Assembly (NCBI GenBank): GCA_029567095.1
Contig: JAKQLP010000077.1
Span: 1 to 43,907 of the forward strand
DNA: 43,907 nucleotides
Direction of reading: 5' to 3'
Source of the DNA: a bacterium
Lineage (GTDB): Bacteria; Patescibacteriota; Dojkabacteria; B142; OLB20
Position 1 is the stretch's first letter; every line of letters starts with the position of its first letter. This document shows, one piece after another, positions 8,766 through 18,890 of the stretch. Below the pieces are notes generated by a model. It was not told the origin of the DNA, did not search any database, and was given only the letters and a program-made list of their open reading frames with translations. Both the position numbers and the translations under genes were made by a program.

Positions 8766-11009
8766 TCAGATACCAATCAATCCTAAGTCTTTAGCTTTGA
8801 TTCTGATAGCTTTGGAGTTAATTTTTACAATTGATTTTACTTTTGGATAGTCTGGATGGGCCCAAAAATAACCGAATTTACTCTTTTTCAACTCATAACG
8901 TATCCCCTTCTCGACTGGATTATCTCCAAATAAAACCTTCTGCATCTGACTAGTTAACTCAAGAGGTTTAGCATCTTTAATTTTTGGATAATCCGGATGA
9001 GCCCAGAAGTATCCAAACCTACTTTTTTTAAGATTATAGTCTCTGCCATCATCTGTTTTGGGACCAGGATTATATTTTGATAAGAAATCTGGTGATTTAA
9101 CGTCAATACTTTCTTGCTCCTTATTATTTAAAGGTAAAATGCCCTTACACTTAGGGAATTTTGAACATGATTGAAATGGACTAAATCTTCCAAGCTTAAT
9201 TACCATTTTTGAACCACACTCTGGGCATTTTTCATCAGAATTTCCCACTATATTATATTTATCTTTTTCAATGATCTTTTCAGCTTTGAGCAAGCCTTTT
9301 TCAAATGGAGTATAAAAATCCACTAATGTTCCAACCCAATCCTTTTTACCATTAGCGATATCATCCAGGTCATCCTCCATCTTAGCTGTAAATCCAACAT
9401 CCACGATAGAAGGAAAATGATCAATTAACAATTTGATCAAACTCCTTCCCACCAATGTAGGTACAAGATATTTACCATCCTTTTCAATATACTTTCTAGA
9501 TAAAATCGTGGTTAAAATTGGAGCATAAGTCGAAGGCCTACCTATTCCAAATGCCTCAAGAGCCTTAATCAATGAAGCTTCAGTAAATCTAGCAGGAGGT
9601 TCTGTAAATTTCTGATAACCTTCCAACTTCTCTAAGAATAAAATTTGGCCTTCTTGATATTGAGGGACGACGGATTCCTTAACTTTGTCCGATTTCGCAG
9701 CTAGAAATCCTGGGAAAATAATTTTTATCCCTTCTGCCTCAAAATCATAATTATCAACATTTACATTGATCTTATTGGACTCAACCCGAGCATCGGCCAT
9801 TTGACTAGCTAATACCCTTTTATATATTAGGTCATATAACTTCTTTTGATCTGTATTTAAATTTAGAGTCAGCGAATTCTTCTCAATATTTACAGGCCTT
9901 ATAGCTTCATGAGCCTCTTGTGCTACCTTAGATTTTGTTTTAAATATTCTTGGGATTGAGGGCAAATAATCTGACCCAAACTCTGATTTAATAAACTTAG
10001 CTATTGAGGCCCGCGCCTGTTCAGACAGATTAAAGGAATCGGTTCTCATATAAGTAATATGCCCCTGTTCATAGAGCTGTTGAGCGATCTTCATTGTTCT
10101 ACTGGCACTATATCCAAGCTGAATTGCAGCAGACTGTTGCAAAGATGAAGTATTAAAAGGAGGACTAGGACTTCGAGTCCCGACCTTTTTAATAATTCCT
10201 TTAACAACCCATTGACCCGACTTCACTTTATCAATAATGGACTTAACATCTTCTTCATTTTTAATCTTTGTCTTTACCCCTTTCTCCTTTACCATCTGAA
10301 ATCTGATTGCCTTACTATCAATATTATTGGCTTCATTTTCCTCACCAGCTTTGTTTATCACAATCCTCAAGGGCTTATTAATCTTAGATTCCAAAAGATA
10401 GGCATATATATTCCAATATTCTTCACTCTTAAAAGCCTCACGCTCCTGCTCTTTCTCCACTATTAACCTCAAAGCAACAGATTGCACTCTGCCTGCAGAT
10501 AACCCAAACATCAACTTTTTCCATAGTAAAGGAGATAATTTGTACCCTACCAGCCTATCTAAAACGCGACGTGTTTGTTGCGCATTAACTAGATTGATAT
10601 CAATATCTCGTGGCGCACTTAAAGCATTTACCACTGCGTCTTTTGTAATTTCTGTAAAAACGATCCTTTTGACTGGTAACTTTAATTTCGCTCGTGTATT
10701 TACTAAACCATTCTTATCAATTAATTTAAGCTCACGTGCTATATGCCACCCAATAGCCTCACCTTCTCTGTCAGGGTCAACTGCTAATAATAATGAGTCA
10801 GCGTTCTTTAATTCATTTCTGATACTTTTTAATACTGCCGGGTTCTTAACTTCATATTCAGGAGCAAAATCATGCTCTACATCGATGGCTAGGGATGACT
10901 TAGGCAAATCCACAACATGCCCCTTAGAGGCCAATACCTTGTATGATTTACCTAAATATTTCTCAATTGTCTTCGCTTTTGAAGGCGATTCTACTATTAC
11001 AATATTCAT
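8766..11009 (-). CDS. topA: DNA topoisomerase I
   Basis: IVESPSKAKTI, DPDREGE, SAGRVQS, ITYMRTD (catalytic Tyr), GIGRPSTY; likely start MNIVIVES at 11009. Confidence 0.98.
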   Translation of the reverse strand: MNIVIVESPSKAKTIEKYLGKSYKVLASKGHVVDLPKSSLAIDVEHDFAPEYEVKNPAVLKSIRNELKNADSLLLAVDPDREGEAIGWHIARELKLIDKNGLVNTRAKLKLPVKRIVFTEITKDAVVNALSAPRDIDINLVNAQQTRRVLDRLVGYKLSPLLWKKLMFGLSAGRVQSVALRLIVEKEQEREAFKSEEYWNIYAYLLESKINKPLRIVINKAGEENEANNIDSKAIRFQMVKEKGVKTKIKNEEDVKSIIDKVKSGQWVVKGIIKKVGTRSPSPPFNTSSLQQSAAIQLGYSASRTMKIAQQLYEQGHITYMRTDSFNLSEQARASIAKFIKSEFGSDYLPSIPRIFKTKSKVAQEAHEAIRPVNIEKNSLTLNLNTDQKKLYDLIYKRVLASQMADARVESNKINVNVDNYDFEAEGIKIIFPGFLAAKSDKVKESVVPQYQEGQILFLEKLEGYQKFTEPPARFTEASLIKALEAFGIGRPSTYAPILTTILSRKYIEKDGKYLVPTLVGRSLIKLLIDHFPSIVDVGFTAKMEDDLDDIANGKKDWVGTLVDFYTPFEKGLLKAEKIIEKDKYNIVGNSDEKCPECGSKMVIKLGRFSPFQSCSKFPKCKGILPLNNKEQESIDVKSPDFLSKYNPGPKTDDGRDYNLKKSRFGYFWAHPDYPKIKDAKPLELTSQMQKVLFGDNPVEKGIRYELKKSKFGYFWAHPDYPKVKSIVKINSKAIRIKAKDLGLIGI

Positions 11010-11056
11010 AGTCCATATAAAAATACTGCATCTAAAGGATATTTGCAATTAAAATA

Positions 11057-11719
11057 TTAAAAACCATAATCCTGCATTATCTCATTGAGATCTATTAACA
11101 TGTTAGCTTTTAATTCCTTAATCAACATATTTGTTCCCATAGAGAAATGATTAAGCGGGGATCCAGGATAAGCGAAAACCGTTCGATTTTCATTAAAAGC
11201 CAAATCGGCCGTAATCAACGCTCCACTTTTTATTCCGGCTTCAATAACTATTGTTACCCTACTTAAACCGGCAATAATTCTATTCCGTCTTGGAAATAAA
11301 TACTTATTATATTCTTCAACTTGGCAATCTTCAGAGATACATAAACCTCTTTTATTAATAATTTCCCAATAAAGATCTTTATTTGATTGAGGCGTTATTT
11401 TGAGCAGCCCCATTGGCATCACCGCCAATGTCCGAATAGAATTATTCAGACACTCCCTATGGACTAAAGTGTCAATGCCTGAAGCTAGACCACTAACAAC
11501 ACTAATATTTTTTGGTGCTAAAAATTCAATAAGCTCTCGAACTAAAAATTCTGCATCCTTTGAATGAACCCTCGACCCAACAATACTGATGCATTTATTA
11601 AAATCAATATCTCTGAAATTTCCATGATAATATAACTGCCGAGGTGGATTATGAATATATTTTAATAATTTGGGATAATCATCATCATAGATCTCGCATT
11701 TCCCAATTTTTAGTGTCAT
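11057..11719 (-). CDS. dprA: DNA-processing protein DprA (core SMF domain only)
   Basis: IVGSR, VVSGLASGID, FPRRNRIIAGLS, SGALITA; adjacent to topA. Confidence 0.95.
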   Translation of the reverse strand: MTLKIGKCEIYDDDYPKLLKYIHNPPRQLYYHGNFRDIDFNKCISIVGSRVHSKDAEFLVRELIEFLAPKNISVVSGLASGIDTLVHRECLNNSIRTLAVMPMGLLKITPQSNKDLYWEIINKRGLCISEDCQVEEYNKYLFPRRNRIIAGLSRVTIVIEAGIKSGALITADLAFNENRTVFAYPGSPLNHFSMGTNMLIKELKANMLIDLNEIMQDYGF

Positions 11720-13626
11720 ACATCTTTACAATCATCCTTGAAGTCAGTATAAACACAATTTATGAATTTTTTCATAATTGGAACCGTTTTATAACCTCTT
11801 CCTCCCCATTGCTGCATGACTGTAAAACAATACCACTCATCCTGGTAGTCAAAACATCCCATAACCCAGGAATGTGCTCCACTGTAATATTTACCCTCTA
11901 TCCACTCACCAGCATCAGAAGAACCAGTCTTTACCATCATATCCGCCTCTAGTCCCTGTAACCCTCCTGCCGTTCCTGCAGCAACTCCCAGCCTTAATCC
12001 GTCCTGTAGGGTGGTTAACGTCGAATTTGATAAATTCAAATTATTAACTATTTGTTTTTGATTAGTTAATACAACCTGCCCTTCTTGAGACCTTGCCTCA
12101 GCAACAATATATGGTTTTAATAAATATCCGCCATTTGCTATTGCGGAAGCGACCATCGTCATCTGCAGAGGCGTAACAGTGACGTAACCCTGACCAATTA
12201 CGGTATTACACTCATCACCAATATACCAAGGCTCTTTGACAACCCTTAATTTATACGACTCATCTGGGATAAGGCCACTAGCCTCACCAGGTATATCAAT
12301 TCCTGTTTTAGTTCCCAGGCCATAACTTTTTGCAATATCGAAATAATATGAATAGCCCATCTTAGCCCTCAGATCTTGCATAACCTGACAAAAAAACAGA
12401 TTGCTTGATCTAGCCAAAGCTTCTTCCACATTAACCCACCCGATATATGATCTATCTGCCTCACAAAAAACTATCCCGCCAGGAAGATCCATACATCTAT
12501 CAGATAATTTCTCTGTGTCAGCACTAATCACACCCGATTCAAGCCCGGCCGTTGCCCCCACTACTTTAAGTATTGATCCGGGAGGCAATTGTAACGCTAT
12601 TGGCCTATTAAATAATGGTCTTTTAGGATCATTTAAATATTTATTATATTCAGTCGCACTTATTCCTTGAGCGAATAGATTGTTATCATAACTAGGACTT
12701 GTAACTAGAGCCATAACCTCACCCGTGGAACTCTTAACAATAGCTCCGGCTCCAGCAAAAGCATTATTTTTATTAATCGATTCATCCAGAATTGTTTTTA
12801 AATATTGCTGCCACCTGCTATCTACGGTTAATACAATATTATTCCCGGGGACAGATTCAAAAGCCTCATAGTTTACAGATTGACCCGATACAACCTCTTT
12901 CTCTTCAACCCTTAAGCCATCTTTTCCCCTTAATTGTTGATCATACCAAGCTTCAATTCCCGTTTTCCCGACTTGCGATTGGGGATAAATTCCTTTATCT
13001 ATATCGGCTTGAGAAGGATCACCTAAATAACCAACGATATTTGAATAGACTAACGGGTCGTGATAATTTCTTATTGCCTCAACATTAAGTATCACTCCCG
13101 AAAGATCTTCAATCCTGCTCAATACAGCATAATATTGATCATACGTCAGATTATTTCTAAGGGTTACTCTTGATGATGTGATCCTCTCTCCATTAACATA
13201 AACCTTCTGATCGAATGTTGCCTTCAATTCTTCTGAATCTAGGGATAATAAATCAGCCAAGAGCATAATTACTTCATTTTCATTTTCCGCTTTAATGGCA
13301 TTTACATCTAAAGATAGAGAATATGACGGATCATTTGTAGCTAATTTAATTCCGTCTGAAGAATAAATTAACCCCCTCGAAGCTAAAGTCTTTACCTGCG
13401 CTTGATTCGTTCTTTTAGCTAAGGTGAAATTGACACCCCCTTTAACAATCTGAAGTTCGAAAGCCCCAAGCACTAAGTAAACAAAACTAAAAGCCAACAA
13501 GGCATAGGGCAACATTACCCTCCAAGAAAAATCGTCGGTATCTATAACAAACCCAATCGTATCACTCTGATTTATTATATTTTTATCCTTTGATCCTCTT
13601 CTAGATAACATAGCGACTTGGGGCAA
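11716..13626 (-). CDS. mrdA: Penicillin-binding protein 2 (class B)
   Basis: N-terminal TM, RGLIY, GKTGIE, SxxK (GSILK), SxN (SSN), KTG; alternative ATG at 13611. Confidence 0.93.
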   Translation of the reverse strand: MPQVAMLSRRGSKDKNIINQSDTIGFVIDTDDFSWRVMLPYALLAFSFVYLVLGAFELQIVKGGVNFTLAKRTNQAQVKTLASRGLIYSSDGIKLATNDPSYSLSLDVNAIKAENENEVIMLLADLLSLDSEELKATFDQKVYVNGERITSSRVTLRNNLTYDQYYAVLSRIEDLSGVILNVEAIRNYHDPLVYSNIVGYLGDPSQADIDKGIYPQSQVGKTGIEAWYDQQLRGKDGLRVEEKEVVSGQSVNYEAFESVPGNNIVLTVDSRWQQYLKTILDESINKNNAFAGAGAIVKSSTGEVMALVTSPSYDNNLFAQGISATEYNKYLNDPKRPLFNRPIALQLPPGSILKVVGATAGLESGVISADTEKLSDRCMDLPGGIVFCEADRSYIGWVNVEEALARSSNLFFCQVMQDLRAKMGYSYYFDIAKSYGLGTKTGIDIPGEASGLIPDESYKLRVVKEPWYIGDECNTVIGQGYVTVTPLQMTMVASAIANGGYLLKPYIVAEARSQEGQVVLTNQKQIVNNLNLSNSTLTTLQDGLRLGVAAGTAGGLQGLEADMMVKTGSSDAGEWIEGKYYSGAHSWVMGCFDYQDEWYCFTVMQQWGGRGYKTVPIMKKFINCVYTDFKDDCKDV

Positions 13627-14071
13627 GCTTATTAATTATTTTGTATATAATAATGTATAAGAATAAATTTCCTAGCAACCCTAATAAATTGAGATTAACA
13701 CTTCCCATTAATTCATAGGATCTAAAAACTGAAACAATACTTATACTTAAAAAAATAATTATTAGAATCTTCAAATCTTTATTGTTTGCCAGACCTTTAA
13801 AATTGACAAATATCAAATTTACCATTAAATACACTAATGTCAGTATAAACCCCCTCATAGCTACTAACTCAAAACTTACAGCCTCTAAAATAATTGAAAA
13901 CAACAAAAAAACAAGATATATTCCGAAGTCTCTACCCTGTAATTCTTCAATTATTACAATACCAATAATAAGCAGCTCAATATTTGAAAATATATCGATA
14001 CCCGAACTTTTTAATATCAGCTCAACCAGAAAAAAAATTATTAACAAAATTGATTTATTTCTAAAACTCAT
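13601..14071 (-). CDS. mreD: Probable MreD-like membrane protein
   Basis: Very hydrophobic 156 aa between mreC and pbp2; assigned mainly by synteny. Confidence 0.6.
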   Translation of the reverse strand: MSFRNKSILLIIFFLVELILKSSGIDIFSNIELLIIGIVIIEELQGRDFGIYLVFLLFSIILEAVSFELVAMRGFILTLVYLMVNLIFVNFKGLANNKDLKILIIIFLSISIVSVFRSYELMGSVNLNLLGLLGNLFLYIIIYKIINKLAPSRYVI

Positions 14072-14860
14072 TTAATTAATTATCACAAATACGTCTGTTA
14101 GCTGATTCAACCTAATCAGAGGCTCAATTGATGCAGTCTGCACAAGATCTGTTTGGTTAGATGTGAGCTCACTTACCTTCCCAATTAACAAGCCATAAGG
14201 TATTTGAGTATCTGATCCTGCTGTAATCACCAAAGAACCAATGGAGATATTATTTGTATTTGGGATATCATCAATTTGAACTTTACCAGCTCCATCCCCG
14301 CCCACAAACCCCCTCAAGTTATCCACAACAATCACAGCGGGTATATTATTATCTGGATGAGACACCAGCCTAACCTCAGATGAGTTTTGATACGCCTTCT
14401 CTACCCTTCCGAGAAAAACATCGTTTAGTATTACTGCCGATCCAGGAGTCACATTTTGAGCCACCCCCTTATTGATTACTATTAAATTTTGACCTGAAGC
14501 ATAGTATAAAACCCTAGCCGGTAATGTTGTATATGGCAAATCAAAATACTGCTGTTCTACTATTTTAGACAGATCGGCTATATCGCCTGTCAATCTTTCG
14601 TTCTCTACTTTATAAAATTCCAACTCTTTCTCTGCCGACTCAAGCCTTGATCTAATTAACGCAATATTTGCGATAAAATCCAAATCAGATTTAACAGTTA
14701 AAAAAACCTGAGAGCTACTCTGTTGCATCGAGCTGAAAATATTTGAAAGAGCTGAATAAGCAGGGCTCAAGACTCCTAAACGGTCAAAGATCATTACGAC
14801 TACACAGATCAAAACTCCAATAATTAGATCCCCATTTTTTAATCCGTTTACCGTTTTCAT
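14072..14860 (-). CDS. mreC: Rod shape-determining protein MreC
   Basis: TM + coiled coil + INKG, GRV, VITAG..IPYGLLIGKV. Confidence 0.93.
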   Translation of the reverse strand: MKTVNGLKNGDLIIGVLICVVVMIFDRLGVLSPAYSALSNIFSSMQQSSSQVFLTVKSDLDFIANIALIRSRLESAEKELEFYKVENERLTGDIADLSKIVEQQYFDLPYTTLPARVLYYASGQNLIVINKGVAQNVTPGSAVILNDVFLGRVEKAYQNSSEVRLVSHPDNNIPAVIVVDNLRGFVGGDGAGKVQIDDIPNTNNISIGSLVITAGSDTQIPYGLLIGKVSELTSNQTDLVQTASIEPLIRLNQLTDVFVIIN

Positions 14861-14862
14861 AA

Positions 14863-15918
14863 TTAAATAATTTCATCCCTAGAAACCTGTATCCTCTCTA
14901 AAAGGTTTATTTCTTCTAATAGTATCTCCGTTCCTCTAACCACCGCCTTAATTGGATCATCAGTGATGATTACAGGGGTTTTCAATCTATCCTCGAAGAA
15001 TTTATCTATTCCATAAATTAGAGCCCCTCCTCCAGCTAATACTATTCCTCTTTCTAATAGATCTGCCAAAATTTCAGGAGGAGTCTTTTCTAAAGCAGCC
15101 TTAATGGCGTCAGCGATCTTTTCTAATACTTTAGCCATTGCCTCCCGGACCTCTAAGCTTGATAGTTTAATTATCCTAGGAAGCCCGGTCAGCATATCCC
15201 TGCCTTTAACATCAAGTTCTTTTTCTGTCTTTAAAGGAATGGCTGAACCGATAGCAATCTTAACGTCCTCAGCCATCTTTGTTCCTATCAATAAATTATA
15301 TTTATACTTGATGTAATTCAAGATCTCTTCATCCAGCTCGTTCCCGGCTATTCTAATAGTATTATCAACCACAATTCCCCCTAAGGAAATTACGGCAATA
15401 TCTGTGGTTCCACCTCCGATATCTACGATCATGCTTCCGGCAGCATCATCAATCGGCAACCTCGAGCCTATCGCAGCAGCCATAGGCTCTTCAATAATGT
15501 AAACCTTCCTGGCACCTGCGGATACAGCCGCATCAATAACTGCTCTAGCTTCCACTTCGGTAATTGCAGAAGGGATGCCAATAACAACCCTAGGTTTAGT
15601 TAACTTAAACATTTTTGGATACATTTCATATACTTTATATATGAAGTACCTAATCATTGCCTCAGTCGAATCAAAATCTGATATTACTCCATCAGCAAGA
15701 GGCTTGACCGCAACAATGCTAGCAGGTGTTCTGCCTATCATTCTCTTAGCATCTACACCCACGGCTAATACTTTCTTAGTATTTTGATTCACTGCCACCA
15801 CTGAAGGCTCGTTAATTACAACACCATGACCTTTAACAGCGACCAGGGTCGTAGAGGTACCTAAATCTATTCCAATATCATGAGTAAAAACAGACAATAA
15901 TCTGTCAAAAATCGGCAT
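14863..15918 (-). CDS. mreB: Actin-like MreB
   Basis: IGIDLGT, NEPSVVA, EEPMAAAIG, VDIGGGTT, LAGGGAL. Confidence 0.97.
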   Translation of the reverse strand: MPIFDRLLSVFTHDIGIDLGTSTTLVAVKGHGVVINEPSVVAVNQNTKKVLAVGVDAKRMIGRTPASIVAVKPLADGVISDFDSTEAMIRYFIYKVYEMYPKMFKLTKPRVVIGIPSAITEVEARAVIDAAVSAGARKVYIIEEPMAAAIGSRLPIDDAAGSMIVDIGGGTTDIAVISLGGIVVDNTIRIAGNELDEEILNYIKYKYNLLIGTKMAEDVKIAIGSAIPLKTEKELDVKGRDMLTGLPRIIKLSSLEVREAMAKVLEKIADAIKAALEKTPPEILADLLERGIVLAGGGALIYGIDKFFEDRLKTPVIITDDPIKAVVRGTEILLEEINLLERIQVSRDEII

Positions 15919-16027
15919 TTGGGGTATCTTGTAAAATCGTTTAATTGTAGCATTGATATATGAATATTGTATAGATTAGCAACTTTAAACAGTAGTTTCT
16001 TAAACTAAAAAATGCTATACTTAAAAT

Positions 16028-16178
16028 GCCCTATCTTGTTAGTAGAATAAGTTTCATTGAACTCTACAAGCAATTAAAAGGGAGGCCAAAATCTCATTAG
16101 GATATTATATTTTAATGCTGAGGTCACCCACCTAACTTGAAAGCGGTTTCAAGTACTTATTCGAAAGACGGATAGGGT
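16028..16178 (+). ncRNA. ssrS: 6S RNA
   Basis: Terminal stem GCCCUAUC/GAUAGGGU, inner GAAUAAGU/ACUUAUUC, 6S-like GGGAG...CACCCACC...GCGGUUUCAA; extended -10 TGCTATACT at 16013-16021. Confidence 0.75.
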
Positions 16179-16188
16179 TTATTATTGC

Positions 16189-16217
16189 TTGATAATTAAT
16201 AGATAATACTTTAAAAT
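16189..16217 (+). promoter_or_regulatory. Promoter for tRNA cluster
   Basis: TTGATA-17 nt-TAAAAT. Confidence 0.6.
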
Positions 16218-16236
16218 CTAGCTGCACATCTATCAA

Positions 16237-16312
16237 GCTGGAATAGCTCAGTTGGTAGAGCACACCCATGGTAAGGGTGGGGTCAAGAGTTCAAATCTCT
16301 TTTCCAGCTCCA
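16237..16312 (+). tRNA. tRNA-Thr(GGT), CCA encoded
   Basis: Cloverleaf GCTGGAA/TTCCAGC; anticodon arm CACCC-ATGGTAA-GGGTG; T-loop TTCAAAT. Confidence 0.96.
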
Positions 16313-16320
16313 TTAATAAT

Positions 16321-16403
16321 GCAAGGGTGGCAGAGCGGTCAATTGCTCCAGACTGTAAATCTGGCGCCGAGAGGCTACGGGGGTTCGAATCCCTCCCCTT
16401 GCA
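16321..16403 (+). tRNA. tRNA-Tyr(GTA), CCA not encoded
   Basis: GCAAGGG/CCCTTGC; CCAGA-CTGTAAA-TCTGG; long variable arm. Confidence 0.96.
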
Positions 16404-16406
16404 AAT

Positions 16407-16479
16407 GCCGAGATAGCTCAGTTGGTAGAGCAACGGTTTTGTAAACCGTCGGTCAAGAGTTCGAGTCTCTTTCTCGGCT
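16407..16479 (+). tRNA. tRNA-Thr(TGT), CCA not encoded
   Basis: GCCGAGA/TCTCGGC; ACGGT-TTTGTAA-ACCGT. Confidence 0.96.
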
Positions 16480-16505
16480 TAGAATAGTTAGTTAATATTA
16501 TAAAC

Positions 16506-16673
16506 ATGGCGAAAAAAGGTAATAGAATCCTGATCAGGCTAAGAAATAAAGAGACTGGAGCTTTTTATACTACTAGCAAGAACAGGATTAATTCAAAAGA
16601 AAAGCTGAAATTGAAGAAATTCGATCCTAAGCTTAAGAAGCATATTGTTTTTGACGAAGATAAGGTAAAATAA
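16506..16673 (+). CDS. rpmG: 50S ribosomal protein bL33, Cys-free form (not in ORF track)
   Basis: Hand translation MAKKGNRILIRLRNKETGAFYTTSKNRINSKEKLKLKKFDPKLKKHIVFDEDKVK (55 aa). Confidence 0.96.
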   Translation: MAKKGNRILIRLRNKETGAFYTTSKNRINSKEKLKLKKFDPKLKKHIVFDEDKVK

Positions 16674-16705
16674 GCCCAATCTAATCCAGGCTTTATTATC
16701 CATAT

Positions 16706-16777
16706 AGAGCCATGGTGTCAATGGTAGCACAGCGGTCTCCAAAACCGTTAGTAGAGGTTCAAATCCTCTTGGCTCTG
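16706..16777 (+). tRNA. tRNA-Trp(CCA), 3' CCA not encoded
   Basis: AGAGCCA/TGGCTCT; anticodon loop CTCCAAA; typical position before secE. Confidence 0.95.
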
Positions 16778-16824
16778 TATTGATTTGGCTTTAATCTTTA
16801 TTTAATTATTGATATAATCAGTCT

Positions 16825-17031
16825 ATGTTCTTGAAATTGCCAAAACAATTATTAGGCTTTATCAGATCTGCGATTGCGGAGCTAAAATTTATTAGTTTCC
16901 CAACCAAAGCTGATACTTTCAAATTAGGTACTGTTGTAATAACGACCTCATTGGTCCTATCAATACTACTCTATTTTACAGATTGGCTTTTTCAAATATT
17001 AAGGAATCTACTTACAAGTATTAATATTTAA
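16825..17031 (+). CDS. secE: Preprotein translocase SecE
   Basis: AELKFISFP motif + single TM; upstream of nusG. Confidence 0.92.
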   Translation: MFLKLPKQLLGFIRSAIAELKFISFPTKADTFKLGTVVITTSLVLSILLYFTDWLFQILRNLLTSINI

Positions 17032-17032
17032 A

Positions 17033-17593
17033 ATGAATAAGGAACAAAAAAACAAAACAGAAACTCAAGGCACCCAAGAATGGTATATTGTAAATGCCTA
17101 TTCAGGACATGAAAAAAGAGTTGCGAATCAAATACAACAAAGAGCAAAAGCAAATAATCTGGAAGATTTGATAACAGAAGTTTTAGTACCTATCCAAAAT
17201 AAGATTGTTGTTTCAGAAGGCAAAAAACGAACTGTTGAGGAAAAAATATTCCCAGGCTATGTTCTCGTAAAAATGATTATGAATGATCAGACATGGCAGA
17301 TAATCAGAAATACTGAAGGTGTAACTGGATTTGTCGGCACAGAAAGAAAACCTACCCCATTAAACCCAGAAGAAGTTAAAAGTATTCTGGCTTATATGAA
17401 AGTTGAACAACCATCTTACCAAGCCTCTTTTGCAGTTGGCGACGCTGTTAAGGTAATGGATGGTCCTTTTAAGGATTTTGTCGGATCAATATCTGAAATC
17501 AATGAAGATAAAGGCCAGGTCAAAGTCTTATTATCAGTGTTTGGTCGCGAGACACCAGTGATTTTGGACTTCTTACAAATCACCAGATTATAA
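17033..17593 (+). CDS. nusG: Transcription factor NusG
   Basis: WYIV..YSGHE, IFPGYVLV, GVTGFVG, KOW DGPF, FGRETPV. Confidence 0.98.
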   Translation: MNKEQKNKTETQGTQEWYIVNAYSGHEKRVANQIQQRAKANNLEDLITEVLVPIQNKIVVSEGKKRTVEEKIFPGYVLVKMIMNDQTWQIIRNTEGVTGFVGTERKPTPLNPEEVKSILAYMKVEQPSYQASFAVGDAVKVMDGPFKDFVGSISEINEDKGQVKVLLSVFGRETPVILDFLQITRL

Positions 17594-17612
17594 TTTTTCT
17601 TTAATTGAAATC

Positions 17613-18044
17613 ATGGCTAAAGTAAAACAAATAAAAGCGATTCTTAAACTTGCAATTGAAGCTGGAAAAGCAACACCCGCTCCCCCTATCGGTCCTGCAC
17701 TGGGACAACACGGAGTTAATATCCAGGAATTTGTGACTCAATATAATGATAAAACAAGAGATAAAATGGGTGATGTTATCCCCTGTATCTTAACTGTTTT
17801 TGATGACAGAAGCTTTACTATTGAACTTAAAACACCCCCAGTAACTAGTTTACTATTAAAAGCAACAGGAATTAAGAAAGGTTCTGCTAAACCAAATCTT
17901 GTTAAGATAGGAAAAGTTAAAAGAGCTCAAATCAAAGAGATTGCCGAGAAAAAAATGGCAGACATTAATGCTATAAGTCTGGAATCTGCAATGAAGATTG
18001 TAGAGGGCTCAGCAAAAAGCCTGGGTTTAGAAATTATTGATTAA
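17613..18044 (+). CDS. rplK: 50S ribosomal protein uL11
   Basis: AGKATPAPPIGPALGQHGVNI. Confidence 0.98.
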   Translation: MAKVKQIKAILKLAIEAGKATPAPPIGPALGQHGVNIQEFVTQYNDKTRDKMGDVIPCILTVFDDRSFTIELKTPPVTSLLLKATGIKKGSAKPNLVKIGKVKRAQIKEIAEKKMADINAISLESAMKIVEGSAKSLGLEIID

Positions 18045-18054
18045 CATTACAATT

Positions 18055-18735
18055 ATGAAAAGATCAAAAAAATATACACAAATATTATCAAAGGTTGATT
18101 CTGAAAAAAGATATGCCCCAAGTGAGGCTTTAGCTCTCTTACCTGAGATTTCCTATACCAAGTTCCCAGGCAGTGTTGAATTAAAAATCTTTCTGAATCT
18201 AAATGAAAAACAGAAAAAAGAGAGCATTCGTGGAAGCTACACTCTCCCCCACTCTTTTGGTAAATCACTAACAATATTAGCCATAGTTGATAAATCTGAA
18301 GTAGAAAAAGCAAAAGACGCTGATATAGTTGGAGGTGAAGAATTGTTCAAGGATATTGAAAGTGGCAAACTAAATTTCGACATGGTTGTTACCACACCAA
18401 TGATGATGCCAAAGATAGCAAAGCTCGGGAAATTCTTAGGTTCAAAAGGTTTAATGCCTAATCCAAAAAATGGAACAATAACAAATGATCTAGGAGCAAC
18501 AATCAAGAAATTTAAGCAAGGTTTAAAAAACTTCAAATCTGTTAATGGTGAGCCTATCAATGCTGTTATTGGTAAAACTGACATGGGTGTTGAACAGTTA
18601 AAAGAAAATCTAGACTCATTTATTAAATCCGTAATGAATGAGACCAAGAAATTCAACTCAAATCCAATCAAAAGAGCAATAATTGCTCCAACCATGGGAC
18701 CAAAGCTGGAACTTGATACTACTAGATTAAGTTAA
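18055..18735 (+). CDS. rplA: 50S ribosomal protein uL1
   Basis: LPHSFGK, LGSKGLMPNPKNGT, PTMGP; likely ATG at 18055. Confidence 0.96.
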   Translation: MKRSKKYTQILSKVDSEKRYAPSEALALLPEISYTKFPGSVELKIFLNLNEKQKKESIRGSYTLPHSFGKSLTILAIVDKSEVEKAKDADIVGGEELFKDIESGKLNFDMVVTTPMMMPKIAKLGKFLGSKGLMPNPKNGTITNDLGATIKKFKQGLKNFKSVNGEPINAVIGKTDMGVEQLKENLDSFIKSVMNETKKFNSNPIKRAIIAPTMGPKLELDTTRLS

Positions 18736-18740
18736 TTGGA

Positions 18741-18769
18741 TTGACTTTAGGGATAAAATAGTTTATTAT
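18741..18769 (+). promoter_or_regulatory. Promoter for rplJL
   Basis: TTGACT-17 nt-TATTAT. Confidence 0.7.
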
Positions 18770-18775
18770 CAACTT

Positions 18776-18882
18776 AATTTCGTTTAAGACAATAGGCTTT
18801 ATTCGTAAGAATATTTAAGACCTATCGAGACGGAGCAAAAGATCTTAATTTGTCTTGTGCCGTCTTTTTAGCGGCACTTTTT
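18776..18882 (+). promoter_or_regulatory. L10 leader RNA with attenuator-like hairpin
   Basis: AAGACAAUAGG...UUAA..CCUAUCGAG L10-leader pattern, then GUGCCGU/GCGGCAC + U5 before rplJ. Confidence 0.8.
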
Positions 18883-18890
18883 ATTTAATA

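Noticed and set aside
8766-8768. Alternative genetic code 25 (TGA=Gly)
   Set aside because: Long conserved genes are intact under code 11 and TGA ends topA at a plausible C-terminus
14319-14327. Perfect DnaA box TTATCCACA
   Set aside because: Single copy inside the mreC coding sequence; no cluster
16248-16433. 61-aa minus-strand ORF
   Set aside because: Antisense to three tRNA genes
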